A DNA stretch of 64,000 nt from Terriglobia bacterium. GTDB taxonomy: Bacteria; Acidobacteriota; Terriglobia; JAJPHL01; JAPKYU01. The first letter of the stretch is position 1. Every line of letters begins with the position of its first letter. The position numbers and the translations under genes are program-made. The notes under the pieces were generated by a model. It was not told where the DNA came from. It worked only from the letters and a program-made list of their open reading frames with translations, and searched no databases. The stretch lies in assembly GCA_965206645.1 (NCBI GenBank), contig CBDBKE010000004.1, positions 1,504,001 through 1,568,000 on the forward strand. The letters are read 5' to 3'. Shown one piece after another: positions 40,225 to 49,422 of this stretch.

Positions 40225-40424
40225 CGATTGTCCCAGGCAAAGAAACTTTCGTCGAGCTTGTCGTGAAGCGGGGCATGTCGCAAGACTTTGTGATCCGCGG
40301 CTGCCGCTTGCTTGCGATGTTGCGGGCAACAGTGGCTGGAAGGGAACCGTACAGACGCCAGGTGATGAACAGAGCCTTCTCCTGCGGTTGCCAGTGCTGG
40401 CAGTCGTCTTCTGTAGAAAACCAT
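40225..40424 (-). pseudogene. REP-associated tyrosine transposase (RAYT) N-terminal relic
   Basis: With one frameshift it reads MVFYRRRLP/HWQPQEKALFITWRLYGSLP; cut by IS256 element 2. Confidence 0.75.
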
Positions 40425-40470
40425 GATGATGATACTGATAAGCTAAGTAGGGCAGACCTGGAGGGATATG

Positions 40471-42437
40471 GAGCACAGGCCTTATCGGCCCATGCTCTCC
40501 AGGGGGCAGGCAGGAATGCTTACCCTACCTTTTGAAAAGGAAAAAAAGGGAGCCTCGTCTGGATGAGGCTCCCCTGTAGTTTTCGGTCTTGGCGTTCAGG
40601 CGCACACACGCCGTCAGGAAGGAAGCGAGTACAGGCCTTGCGGCCTGTACTCTACGCCTAAGCGCAACCGAAGGAGATGGAAACTGAGCACAGGCCTTAG
40701 CGGCCTGTGCTCTCTACAACCCAGGCAGGAATGCCTGCCGCTATGCTTAGTCCTTCTCTTCACGATCCACGATGGCCAGATAGCCCTGCGCCGCCGTGGG
40801 GCCGTCGGTCCCGCCGTAGCCGTTGGAGATGAAGGCGAAGCCCTGGCCGTTTTCAAAGTCACAGTTCACGTCGAGAAAACCCTGGAAGCCCACAGCGATC
40901 GCCGACAACACGTAAGTCTCGCTGCCCCAGGACTTGACCTCCATCGTCTCCATATCGGCGGGATTGGCCTCCGCACCATAGAACTTGATCTCGCAAGTTC
41001 CGGGATAGTCGGAAGCGTTCGTGAAGGCGATCCCGGTGTCAAAGCCTCCCGCGTTGGTCACGAACGGAAAGAGCAGGCTCGTCTCGCAGGGATCGAATCC
41101 GATGACCCGCACGGCAGCGGCATCAGCGAACTGCGGATTTCATTAGTGTCAGCACTGACGAAACCCACGCTCACCATGCCGTCGGCGATCATGGTGTCTT
41201 CTTCCCACGTGAAGCTCACCATCAACGTATTTCCCTGAGTCATATCATTCGCATCGGTAACGGTGTAAGTGATATCACCATCTCCATCGTTATCCAATGC
41301 AACCTCGACCATGGTTCCATCGGCGTCCGCTTCGCCTTCACCGGTCAGCGTGACTTTCATGCCATCGTCTGCGTTCGTCGGTCATGTTGTCGGCTGTATG
41401 GGTGATCATGACTTCCACGCCGTCCGGGATGCCGGAGAAATTGACTTCCACCATGCCGTGTCATCAGCATCATCGTTGGTCAACGCCCCTACAAAGCCTT
41501 CCATGATCGAGATGCTGGCCATTCCGGTGGTTCCGACCCGGCATTGCAAAACGTTGGCATCGTCCACCTTGACGACCAGTCCGGTTTTGACATCCGAGAC
41601 ATCGAACGCCCCCGGCGACACGGACTTGGTGTTCACAGTGAGTTGGGCGCTTATCTCTCCGTCGTCTCCCACCATGTAGGCGTTGGCTCGGATGCCGGCG
41701 ATGACCACATTGAAACCGTTGCCGCCAGTTCCCAAGCCGAGATCTGCGCCGCTGAGTTCCTCCCACACGATCGTGTTCGGGTCCTCATCTTCATCAATCA
41801 TCGGGCCGTCACCGTCGTCGGCAGCCATCAAACACGTCATCGGCTATAGTTTGGCCGCCCACAGTCCCAGTAGCGGTCAGCTCAGCAGCGCCAACATAGT
41901 TCAAGTCAGCCAGGCTGGTGATTGGAGTGTTCAGCGTAACGCTTAAGGTGAAATCGGTTACTGCAAACAGCGAGCCGGTGTCCTCTGAAGGCACGCACCG
42001 CAGCTCGATGCCGCCGATCTCTTCGGTCGTGCCCTCGGCGCGCACATTGGCCACTGCATTGTCACCCGTAGCAGCCCGCGCCTCGCACCGTTGCGCCTGG
42101 GCCACGCTGCTGCTCAACACGATGGCCGCGAGCAGGGACATCATGACGATGCCGCTTTTGAAAACTGCTTTCCGAATCTTTGCCATTGCCGTTCTCTCCT
42201 TCGATTTTTGAATCGTACTGGTTGAAATTTCTTGCAAAACTTTCTCTTCCTGCCGCTCGATCTAAAACTGCATTGGATTACAGGCGGGGCAGGCAGGAAC
42301 GCTTGCCGCTGCCTGAACGCCTGTCCTACCTGAACGTTCTTGAATGCAACACCAGCTCGCCGACTTTCTGCTTAATCTGCTTCCTTCATCTACGCTGCAC
42401 GAACTCCAGGGTCAATTCGCTCTATATGCGGACCTAC
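40471..42437. repeat. Long direct repeat, copy 2 (~1.97 kb)
   Basis: Co-linear with 33054-35008, including the REP cluster, terminator (40541-40574), gene and 5' leader. Confidence 0.95.
40747..42186 (-). pseudogene. S-layer-like surface protein, copy B (full length, 4 apparent frameshifts)
   Basis: ORF pieces 41809-42237, 41406-41840, 41058-41360 and 40747-41112 tile copy A. Confidence 0.8.
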
Positions 42438-42450
42438 CAGAGACACGGGG

Positions 42451-42480
42451 AATATGACACTTTCAGTTTCAGCCTGTCAA
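42451..42480 (-). promoter_or_regulatory. sigma70-like promoter P2 for copy B
   Basis: TTGACA-18 nt-CATATT with extended -10 TG and upstream A-tracts. Confidence 0.6.
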
Positions 42481-42568
42481 TCTTTTTTCTTTGCCAGCTA
42501 TGCTGCCCCCCGTAATCGCTGTGGTTCAAACAGCCGGGCAGATAATTTGGGGCTCAAAACAGTTGTTC

Positions 42569-42597
42569 ATGGTAATCGGCTCAATCGGGGAATGCAA
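42569..42597 (-). promoter_or_regulatory. sigma70-like promoter P1 for copy B
   Basis: TTGCAT-17 nt-TACCAT with upstream A-tracts (UP-element-like). Confidence 0.6.
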
Positions 42598-42799
42598 GAG
42601 TTTTTTGGGGAATTTTTCAAGATTTTTTCAGGGGGAGGGGGTGCACGAAAAAGCAAGAGAGAAGTGCAGGGGGGGATGGAATGGAGCACAGGCCTGGAGG
42701 CCCGTCGCCATCTGGGCGCGTCTCATCGCGGGCTCTGGCAAAACCTGAGGGAGCGGGACCGAAAGGTTAATTTCATGGCCGTCGCCCGGGAGTAGCAGG

Positions 42800-42980
42800 C
42801 CCTATTGCGGGCCACCAACCGCTTGCGCAGCACCTTCTCGGCTTCGCCTTTCTCCTTTCGGCCTGTCGACTCCTGTCTGAACTTTCCGTTGTGGTCACGG
42901 TAACTCATCCACCAGACGCGTGAACCGCGCCGGGAGTACAGGCTACCGGCGGCCTTGCTGGGTCTACCTGTCTTGTTCAT
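42800..42980 (-). pseudogene. Integrase N-terminal fragment
   Basis: GSLYSRRGSRVWWMSYRD.NGK..QESTG...EAEKVLRKR; catalytic domain absent. Confidence 0.7.
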
Positions 42981-43180
42981 CGATTCCTCCATTCACATGA
43001 AAGCTGTCGCCACTCGGCCAACTCCGACAGTCGGAAGCGGATCGAGCGGCCCATCATGCGGTAATGGGGAATCTGCTTTCGCTCGACGTAAGCATACACC
43101 AGCGAGAGGCTGCCGCCCAAGAATCGGGCTGCGTCCTTCACCGTGATGGGGGCATCTGTCGCTTTTCCGTCCAGGCTCAT
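42977..43180 (-). CDS. Excisionase-like HTH DNA-binding protein
   Basis: ITVKDAARFLG.S.SLVYAYV..KQIPHYR..GRSIRFR. Confidence 0.8.
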   Translation of the reverse strand: MSLDGKATDAPITVKDAARFLGGSLSLVYAYVERKQIPHYRMMGRSIRFRLSELAEWRQLSCEWRNR

Positions 43181-43340
43181 CGTTCCCTCCCTACTTTCCA
43201 TACCAAACCACAAGGGAGAACTCCGCGCGGAGAGTCCGTTGCGATTGTGTCGTTAGTCCTACTCACACTCGGCATCACGTTTGATCTGCTCGATGATCTG
43301 ATTGGCAAAGCGGCGATGGTATTCCTCTGCCGTCATCGCC

Positions 43341-44300
43341 CTACCCCTCATCGTGTTGCCTCCCGATCGGCTCAATGAGCCAGCGGTTCTGTGGCGCGTC
43401 GTAACCTTTGACGAGCAAGGCCTCCTCCACAAATCGCCGCCCTTCGCGCCGCGTCATGTGAATCACCATCGCAATGCCGTCCACGACGCCCCGGCAGGTG
43501 ACTTCCCAGGGAAGCTCTCCGCCGCCTTGCATGGCGCAACTGGCGAGCCGTGACAAGGCGCTTTCGGCGTTGTTGGCGTGCACGGTGGTGAGCGAGCCGC
43601 CGTGTCCGGTGTTGAGGGCTTGCAGCAGATCGGCGGCCTCCCCGCCGCGCACCTCGCCCACTACGATGTGATCCGGGCGGTGACGCAAGGCATGGCGCAC
43701 CAGGTCCCGGATCGTCACGGCTCCGGTTGCCAGTCCGCGAGCCTCGAAGCGGACGCAATTGGAGTGCTCGATGCGAAGCTCCAGGGTGTCCTCGATGGCG
43801 ACGATGCGCTCGTCGTCGGGCAGCAATTCGATGAGCGCATTGAGAAGGGTGGTCTTGCCCGAGCCGGTGCCGCCTGAAACCAGGATGTTCCGGCGGGTGT
43901 ACAACATCCGCTCGGCCGCTTCTTTGACGTTCAACGGCAGCGCCCCTTGTTCAACCAGGTCCGCCGCTGAAAACGACCGTTTACCAAAGCGCCGAACGGT
44001 GATCGCCACCTTCGGGCTGGCGGGCGGAACGCAGATTGCTACACGCGAGCCGTCGTCTAGGCGAGCATCGACGATGGGCGCCGTGGCCGGGTCCAGGCCG
44101 AGAGGCCGCGCAATATGGATAGCGGCCCTTTGAAGCGCCGCAGCGGTCAGCAGCGGGGCCTCGTGGGAATAGAGCTTCCCATGCCCCTCGATCCAGACGT
44201 TGTGCGGGCCGTTTATCATGATCTCGCTCACTTCCGGGTCCTCCAGAACATCCTCCAGGCCGGGCAAAAACGGTTTCAACAACTCCAGGCCGTCGCTCAT
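43341..44300 (-). CDS. VirB11/CpaF-family secretion ATPase
   Basis: SGGTGSGKTT, IEDTLEL, LRHRPD.IVVGEVRG and NTGHGG.LTTVHAN motifs. Confidence 0.92.
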   Translation of the reverse strand: MSDGLELLKPFLPGLEDVLEDPEVSEIMINGPHNVWIEGHGKLYSHEAPLLTAAALQRAAIHIARPLGLDPATAPIVDARLDDGSRVAICVPPASPKVAITVRRFGKRSFSAADLVEQGALPLNVKEAAERMLYTRRNILVSGGTGSGKTTLLNALIELLPDDERIVAIEDTLELRIEHSNCVRFEARGLATGAVTIRDLVRHALRHRPDHIVVGEVRGGEAADLLQALNTGHGGSLTTVHANNAESALSRLASCAMQGGGELPWEVTCRGVVDGIAMVIHMTRREGRRFVEEALLVKGYDAPQNRWLIEPIGRQHDEG

Positions 44301-46339
44301 ATCTTTCCTTCTGCTTTCGCACGCCAGTAGGGAAGCGACCGGGGCAGATAGTGGGGTTTGAGGTACACGCGGGTTGCCGGCAGTGACTGTGCGCCGTCGT
44401 AGGGCAGGCAGATTGCTTGGCAGTTGGAGAGCAGGGCAAACTCGCGGGGCTGAAACACTGCCTCGCGTTGTTCGCGGAAGGATTTGCTGGCTCCTACGCT
44501 GCCGGCGCCGCCACCGGCCTGGGCCGAGAGCATGGATACCTCACTTTGCTTGGCAGATTCGGTGATGGTATAGGAGGGTTTGATCTTGGCTACCTGCCCG
44601 CACAGAGCCGAGGCGGTTTGAGCGCTGGCGTCATCGCTCAAGGAAAGGAATATCCGGGTGCGGAGCGTTTGCAGCAGGGTGCGCCACGCCTCGCCGCTGC
44701 CGAGAACGGAGCGCAGCGAGCTGATTGATTGCGTGGCGACGATCAGAATGCAGCGGCACTGCCGGGTGAGGGCAAAGGATTTCTCGTCGCCGGAAGGATC
44801 GTCCTCGCCGACCGAAGCAAACGACTGGTACTCGTCGCAGATGAACACGGCGGGCCGGAAGTATTGATCCGGCGCTTCCTTCATCTGCGCCGGTCGCCGC
44901 AGGAGCGATTGCAACCAGGCGTTCTTGAGCATTACTCCTACAGCTCGTGCCAGCGCCGGGTTGCTGCCGGCCGGCATATTCAGGGCCAGCACCTTGCCCG
45001 ACTCGATCAGCTTGTCGAGGGGCGGCAAGCTCTGCCGTACTCTCGTTCCCAGTCCCGGCTGTTCGTCTTGCTTTGGCTCTCCATTTCCGTTCGCCGCCGC
45101 CTTCTCCGGTGGCGGTGGTGGACAGAACACCCGCGCCACGCTTGGCAGGTCGAATATGGACAGAAAAACTGAGATGCCCTCGACGATGCTCGACCGGATT
45201 TTGTTGTCGATCATTCCCCAGTCGTGTTGATACCAGCGATTGACGGCCTCGACCCGCTTGCGAATCTCTTCTGTCTTTACGCTCTCGGTCCACTCGATCT
45301 TATATTCGATCTGGAGTTCTTTGAGCTGGGCTACAACCGCTGGGCTGTGGTCCGTGTAGAATGTGTTCTCTTGCTCGATCGGAATCCATTTTCTCTTCCC
45401 GGAGCGCAGCGAGGGGATGTTTGCTCCATAGTCCGTGGCGGATATAAACACGGCGCCCTCGCGAAGATCGCTGGCGTATGCTTCGGCCTCTTGGATTTTG
45501 GCCGCAAACAGTTCCTTGTCGATGGCGCAGTGATAGACTTGCTGCAATGTGACCCATTGGCCGGGGAACACCCGGTAGAGTTCGATGATCCAGCGGACCA
45601 GGTTGGTGTAAGCCTGTTGCCAAAACGGCTCCTTCCCTTTGCCGAACAACTGGTTGAGCAGGGAGGAAACGGTGTAGGCCAGCGAGTAAGAATCAAGCCA
45701 CTCTGCCGAGAGTGGATTCCATTGCCAGCGGCCCTCCATCCCCAGCTCGATGTAATCTTCCTCCCGGCCCGCGTCGGCAAGGATTCGCCGGATTTCATAG
45801 CAGAAATCGCCCTTGACTTCCAGCACCAGGCCAGCCGCCCGGCGCTGGGGATCGCGGGCCTGCCATGACAAGATTTGCTCTGCGAATGGGCGCATGCAAG
45901 CCGAGGTCTTGCCGGACCCCACGGCGCCGAAAATTGCCACTCCGGTGTACAGGCCGCGCTCCGGGATAGTGAGCCAGGAAGGGTTGCGAGATTCGACGGC
46001 TTTGACCGGGTGGTGAACCTCCCCAACAACGATCGCCGGCCCGGCGTCTTTTGCGGGATTCAGGGGCCACGTTGGCAGCATTCCAATGTTCGGCATAGCG
46101 ATGCCCCAAGAATTAAACCAGACCCGCCAGACCGTGATGAGAAACAGTCCGCCGACGATGACGGCGGCGGCTGGCGCGAGGTAGTACCACCAGACGATCC
46201 AGGTGTAGAAGTTGGGGGTGTGATAGAGCACCAGGTCGAGCATTGGATCGTCGCCGGGCATGGGGAAAGGCCGGTAGAGGAAACCCCAAGCGGAGCAGCC
46301 AAGCCCAGCAACTATCAGGATCGGATGGCGTATTTTCAT
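44297..46339 (-). CDS. Type IV coupling protein (VirD4/TraD-like)
   Basis: Two N-terminal TM helices, GAVGSGKT Walker A, FICDEYQ Walker B, IVATQS. Confidence 0.85.
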   Translation of the reverse strand: MKIRHPILIVAGLGCSAWGFLYRPFPMPGDDPMLDLVLYHTPNFYTWIVWWYYLAPAAAVIVGGLFLITVWRVWFNSWGIAMPNIGMLPTWPLNPAKDAGPAIVVGEVHHPVKAVESRNPSWLTIPERGLYTGVAIFGAVGSGKTSACMRPFAEQILSWQARDPQRRAAGLVLEVKGDFCYEIRRILADAGREEDYIELGMEGRWQWNPLSAEWLDSYSLAYTVSSLLNQLFGKGKEPFWQQAYTNLVRWIIELYRVFPGQWVTLQQVYHCAIDKELFAAKIQEAEAYASDLREGAVFISATDYGANIPSLRSGKRKWIPIEQENTFYTDHSPAVVAQLKELQIEYKIEWTESVKTEEIRKRVEAVNRWYQHDWGMIDNKIRSSIVEGISVFLSIFDLPSVARVFCPPPPPEKAAANGNGEPKQDEQPGLGTRVRQSLPPLDKLIESGKVLALNMPAGSNPALARAVGVMLKNAWLQSLLRRPAQMKEAPDQYFRPAVFICDEYQSFASVGEDDPSGDEKSFALTRQCRCILIVATQSISSLRSVLGSGEAWRTLLQTLRTRIFLSLSDDASAQTASALCGQVAKIKPSYTITESAKQSEVSMLSAQAGGGAGSVGASKSFREQREAVFQPREFALLSNCQAICLPYDGAQSLPATRVYLKPHYLPRSLPYWRAKAEGKI

Positions 46340-46408
46340 GGGGCTTGCCTCCGGCGCCTCAGCGCCCGCTTGGGGTTCAGGTTCGGAGCCTTCCCGCAGG
46401 GACAAATC

Positions 46409-46690
46409 AGACGAGAGCGACCCCCAAAAAAGGGGGGGCAGGGTATGCCACAAACCCTGCCACAAACCCCTTTTCCTGTTTGCCGATAGAGCGGCAAAAA
46501 AGGGGGGGTCGCTCTCGTCTTTCCCCGCCCCTCTCCTTCTGGCGCGGGATGGCCTGGTAGTAGCAGGAAAACCACTGCGAGGCAAAGAAATAGACAAAAT
46601 GAGTGTTGCCACAAAAAATGCCGATTCTTGCCACGCCCCCCCCCTTATATAAGTGGCAAAAAAGATCGGCACGGCCACCGTTTGTGGCAG
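46409..46690. other. Structured intergenic region, candidate oriT/oriV
   Basis: Perfect 17-bp IR (46409-46425/46504-46520), tandem TGCCACAAACCC x2, CAAAAAAGGGGGG x2, further TGCCAC/GTGGCA motifs. Confidence 0.55.
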
Positions 46691-46746
46691 GCCAAAAAAA
46701 CGCTCTATCTCGGAAACGTCCACTGGAGTTCCATTGCTGCGGTTCA

Positions 46747-47715
46747 TTAGACTGTCTCCACCACCTTCACGCGGTCAGAAACCCACGTCTCGAAGCCGTC
46801 GATCGTGGCTCCGATTGAGCCGCTTGTCTTGGGCAGGTCTTTCAGTTCCATCAACCTGTCCGAGATTTCCTCGACACTGCCGTACTTCCTTATGATCCTC
46901 ATGTCCACATTGATAATTGCGGCCTCGATCAGCTTGATTTCCGCCTGCACGTTCGGGTCGTTCCGGCTCGGTCCATCTGCCCGCTGACTGCTCTGCTCAC
47001 CCCCTCGGCTGCTCCACGTCTTTAGCGCCGCTTCGGCCCGGATTGTGGCTTTGTAGTCCGCTCCGATTACGACGGCGCGGACCTCGATGCCTTGCAACCG
47101 CAAAGCCTTCCAAAGCCACTCATGCGAGTCGCCCCACGATCGCAACTCGGTATCGGTATCTTTGCCCGGATCGACGTAGACGAACGATGAGGATTTAGCA
47201 TCGCAAGCGATAGGCAGTTTCAGGGCAAAGTATCGGGTTTGTGTCCCCACGGCTCCCTGATAGACCCGCTTGGGCAAGCGCCTGCGGTCGATGCCCAGTA
47301 AATCGAAGAAAGCGACCTTTTCCTGCTCGGTGGGCAGCCAAGGAAGCTCCGGGTTCTCCAGAACATAGTCGAGCGAGAGCAACCGCCGTAGCATGACGGA
47401 ATCATCCCCCTCTCGGCGGTGCCGGACGTTCTCAATTCCCAGCTTGCGGTAAATCTCTTTGTTGGATATTCGGACCGCCTTCGGTCCACCGCGTCTGTTA
47501 GGAAGAGCGTCCTCTATGGCAAGCCTGCGCTCCACCATGTCGCGCACAAATCGCAATGCTCGCTTTCGATCCGACACGGCATCGAAGAAGTGGCAGAATT
47601 GCGCCCTCGTGAACACGCCGCTATGCAGACAGACCAGGGCGATCCACTCCGCTTCGCGGCCCTTCCAGCCGAACGACTTCAGGGCTTTTTCTCGATCATG
47701 GAGATGTTTAATCAT
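46747..47715 (-). CDS. Hypothetical protein of the conjugative module (possible wHTH/replication-relaxation-like)
   Basis: 322-aa ORF coupled to virB8; N-terminus REAEWIALV.LHSGVFTRAQF looks HTH-like. Confidence 0.65.
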   Translation of the reverse strand: MIKHLHDREKALKSFGWKGREAEWIALVCLHSGVFTRAQFCHFFDAVSDRKRALRFVRDMVERRLAIEDALPNRRGGPKAVRISNKEIYRKLGIENVRHRREGDDSVMLRRLLSLDYVLENPELPWLPTEQEKVAFFDLLGIDRRRLPKRVYQGAVGTQTRYFALKLPIACDAKSSSFVYVDPGKDTDTELRSWGDSHEWLWKALRLQGIEVRAVVIGADYKATIRAEAALKTWSSRGGEQSSQRADGPSRNDPNVQAEIKLIEAAIINVDMRIIRKYGSVEEISDRLMELKDLPKTSGSIGATIDGFETWVSDRVKVVETV

Positions 47716-47717
47716 TG

Positions 47718-48380
47718 CTACTCGCCGGTCACTAAAGCCCGGTCGCCTCGCAGGTAGGTGACAATGATTCCCATAGGGTTGAAAACCATCAATTCGGTTG
47801 GAATTTCATCCAGGAACATGAACTGCATGGAGACTGTCCAGCGTTCGCGCTGGCTCTCGACCGCATTCACCAGGCGCACCAGGTCGAAGTCGGCGGTGGC
47901 GCCGTGGGGTTCCTGTTGGTTGGCCTGAATCCGCAAGACCACGCGCTCGACCTGGAGCTCTTCTCTGGTGACTCCTGCCGCCAGCATGGCGATATTCTGG
48001 CCTTCGGCGCGGAAAGCCTCGTTGGCTAGTCCGGTGGTCAAAAAGCGTAGGCTGCGGGACCACGCTTGTTCGACCGTAGCCCGCCGCCGGGAGTAGTAGT
48101 CGTCGATGAAGCGATTCAGAAAATACTTGGTGGTGGGGTCCAGCGGATCGGCCTGGGCCTCGACCGTCTCATAGGCCAGCGCCTCGGCCCGGCCTACCTC
48201 GTCCACGCGGACGACGATCGGTCGCGGCGCTTCAACCGACGACAGCCGGATGATGTTGACTACCAGCAGCAAACAGAGTCCTGCCAAACCCATCGACAGG
48301 ACGCGCAAGTGCCGGTTGGAGTGGATCGCCTCGCCCCAAATCTCGGCGTAGGTCTTTGCGGTTTCGTTCTCTTTGCTCAT
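47718..48380 (-). CDS. VirB8/TrbF-like T4SS protein
   Basis: Single TM helix, PIVVRVDEVG, C-terminal FNPMGIIVT motif. Confidence 0.85.
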   Translation of the reverse strand: MSKENETAKTYAEIWGEAIHSNRHLRVLSMGLAGLCLLLVVNIIRLSSVEAPRPIVVRVDEVGRAEALAYETVEAQADPLDPTTKYFLNRFIDDYYSRRRATVEQAWSRSLRFLTTGLANEAFRAEGQNIAMLAAGVTREELQVERVVLRIQANQQEPHGATADFDLVRLVNAVESQRERWTVSMQFMFLDEIPTELMVFNPMGIIVTYLRGDRALVTGE

Positions 48381-49378
48381 TACAACCCTCCTTTTGCCGC
48401 CTTCGCTGCGCCACCGGCAGCGGCTCCGGTGCCGCCCGCCGCCGCCATTGCCGCTCCCGTGATCCCGGAGCTGGTGACGGCGCTGCCGGTGACCAGCATG
48501 GAAGCCAGCTCGCCGACCTTGAGGGATGCCAGAATGCCGGCCACGAACAGCGGCAGGATAATCAGCACCCATCCTCCCATTACGGTTATGTCGAAGCTGA
48601 TGACCTGGTTGGAGAAGGTAGTCACATAGCCCAGCGCCACGCCCATGAACACCCGCATGACGGCTCCGGCCAGTGCGCCGTAGAGGCTGAAAACGATCAA
48701 GGATCGGAACCAGCCCCAGAACAGAAACGACATAGGCTCAAACAACAACCAGGGAATGAACAGCGGTCCTAAAAAGACAAGAATGGCAATCGCGAGCTGC
48801 GCCCAAAGCACCTGAGCGTAGGTGATGCAATACAGCAGCACCAGCATAGTCATTGCAAAAATCATCATGATGGTGGCGGAGAACAACGTCATGATGGCGG
48901 CTCCGCCGGCTGTTATCAGGTCCCAAATCTGGTAGCCGTCCCACGCATCGGTGATGCGGGTCAAGTGGGTGTTGATCATGTTGGATAACTCGGTCCGCAT
49001 GGCGGTTCCGACGTCGGCTATAAACATATCCATCAACCAGTTTCCGCCCTCCACAATCATGCTCGGAAAGGTGTAGGCGTTTGCTGGCACAGGCAGCGGG
49101 GTATCGTAGAAGTGCAGCATCACCCACGGAATCCAGAGGCCGATAATGAGCTTGATTAACTCCCACGGTTGGAAAGAGCCGGACAGGGCGATTTTCACCC
49201 CTGTCCAGACAATCATGATGGAGGCAAGCCCGGTCCAGAGCTGTTCTCCGGTAGACAGCAAAAGGGGGCCGCTGCCCCCTATGATGTTGTTCATTACTTG
49301 GGTCAGGAGACTTTCAAAGTTGTCGAGGTCTCCTGCCGGGATGTTGGTCGGAACAACTGGATCAATCTGTAATTGCAT
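48380..49378 (-). CDS. VirB6/TrbL-like T4SS membrane protein
   Basis: Polytopic, LGPLFIPW..F..W motif, Gly/Ala-rich tail. Confidence 0.85.
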   Translation of the reverse strand: MQLQIDPVVPTNIPAGDLDNFESLLTQVMNNIIGGSGPLLLSTGEQLWTGLASIMIVWTGVKIALSGSFQPWELIKLIIGLWIPWVMLHFYDTPLPVPANAYTFPSMIVEGGNWLMDMFIADVGTAMRTELSNMINTHLTRITDAWDGYQIWDLITAGGAAIMTLFSATIMMIFAMTMLVLLYCITYAQVLWAQLAIAILVFLGPLFIPWLLFEPMSFLFWGWFRSLIVFSLYGALAGAVMRVFMGVALGYVTTFSNQVISFDITVMGGWVLIILPLFVAGILASLKVGELASMLVTGSAVTSSGITGAAMAAAGGTGAAAGGAAKAAKGGL

Positions 49379-49422
49379 TGCTGTCTACCTCATTCTGCGG
49401 ACCGGACTGCCGTCGAACGGAT

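Noticed and set aside
33054-42437. Diversity-generating retroelement (TR/VR pair)
   Set aside because: No reverse transcriptase in the window, the repeat spans a whole gene, and the differences are not adenine-specific (e.g. GGC/CCC).
46340-46747. N-terminal extension of the coupling protein (816-aa ORF)
   Set aside because: It runs through homopolymer- and repeat-rich DNA; ATG 46339 just before the TM helices is more plausible.
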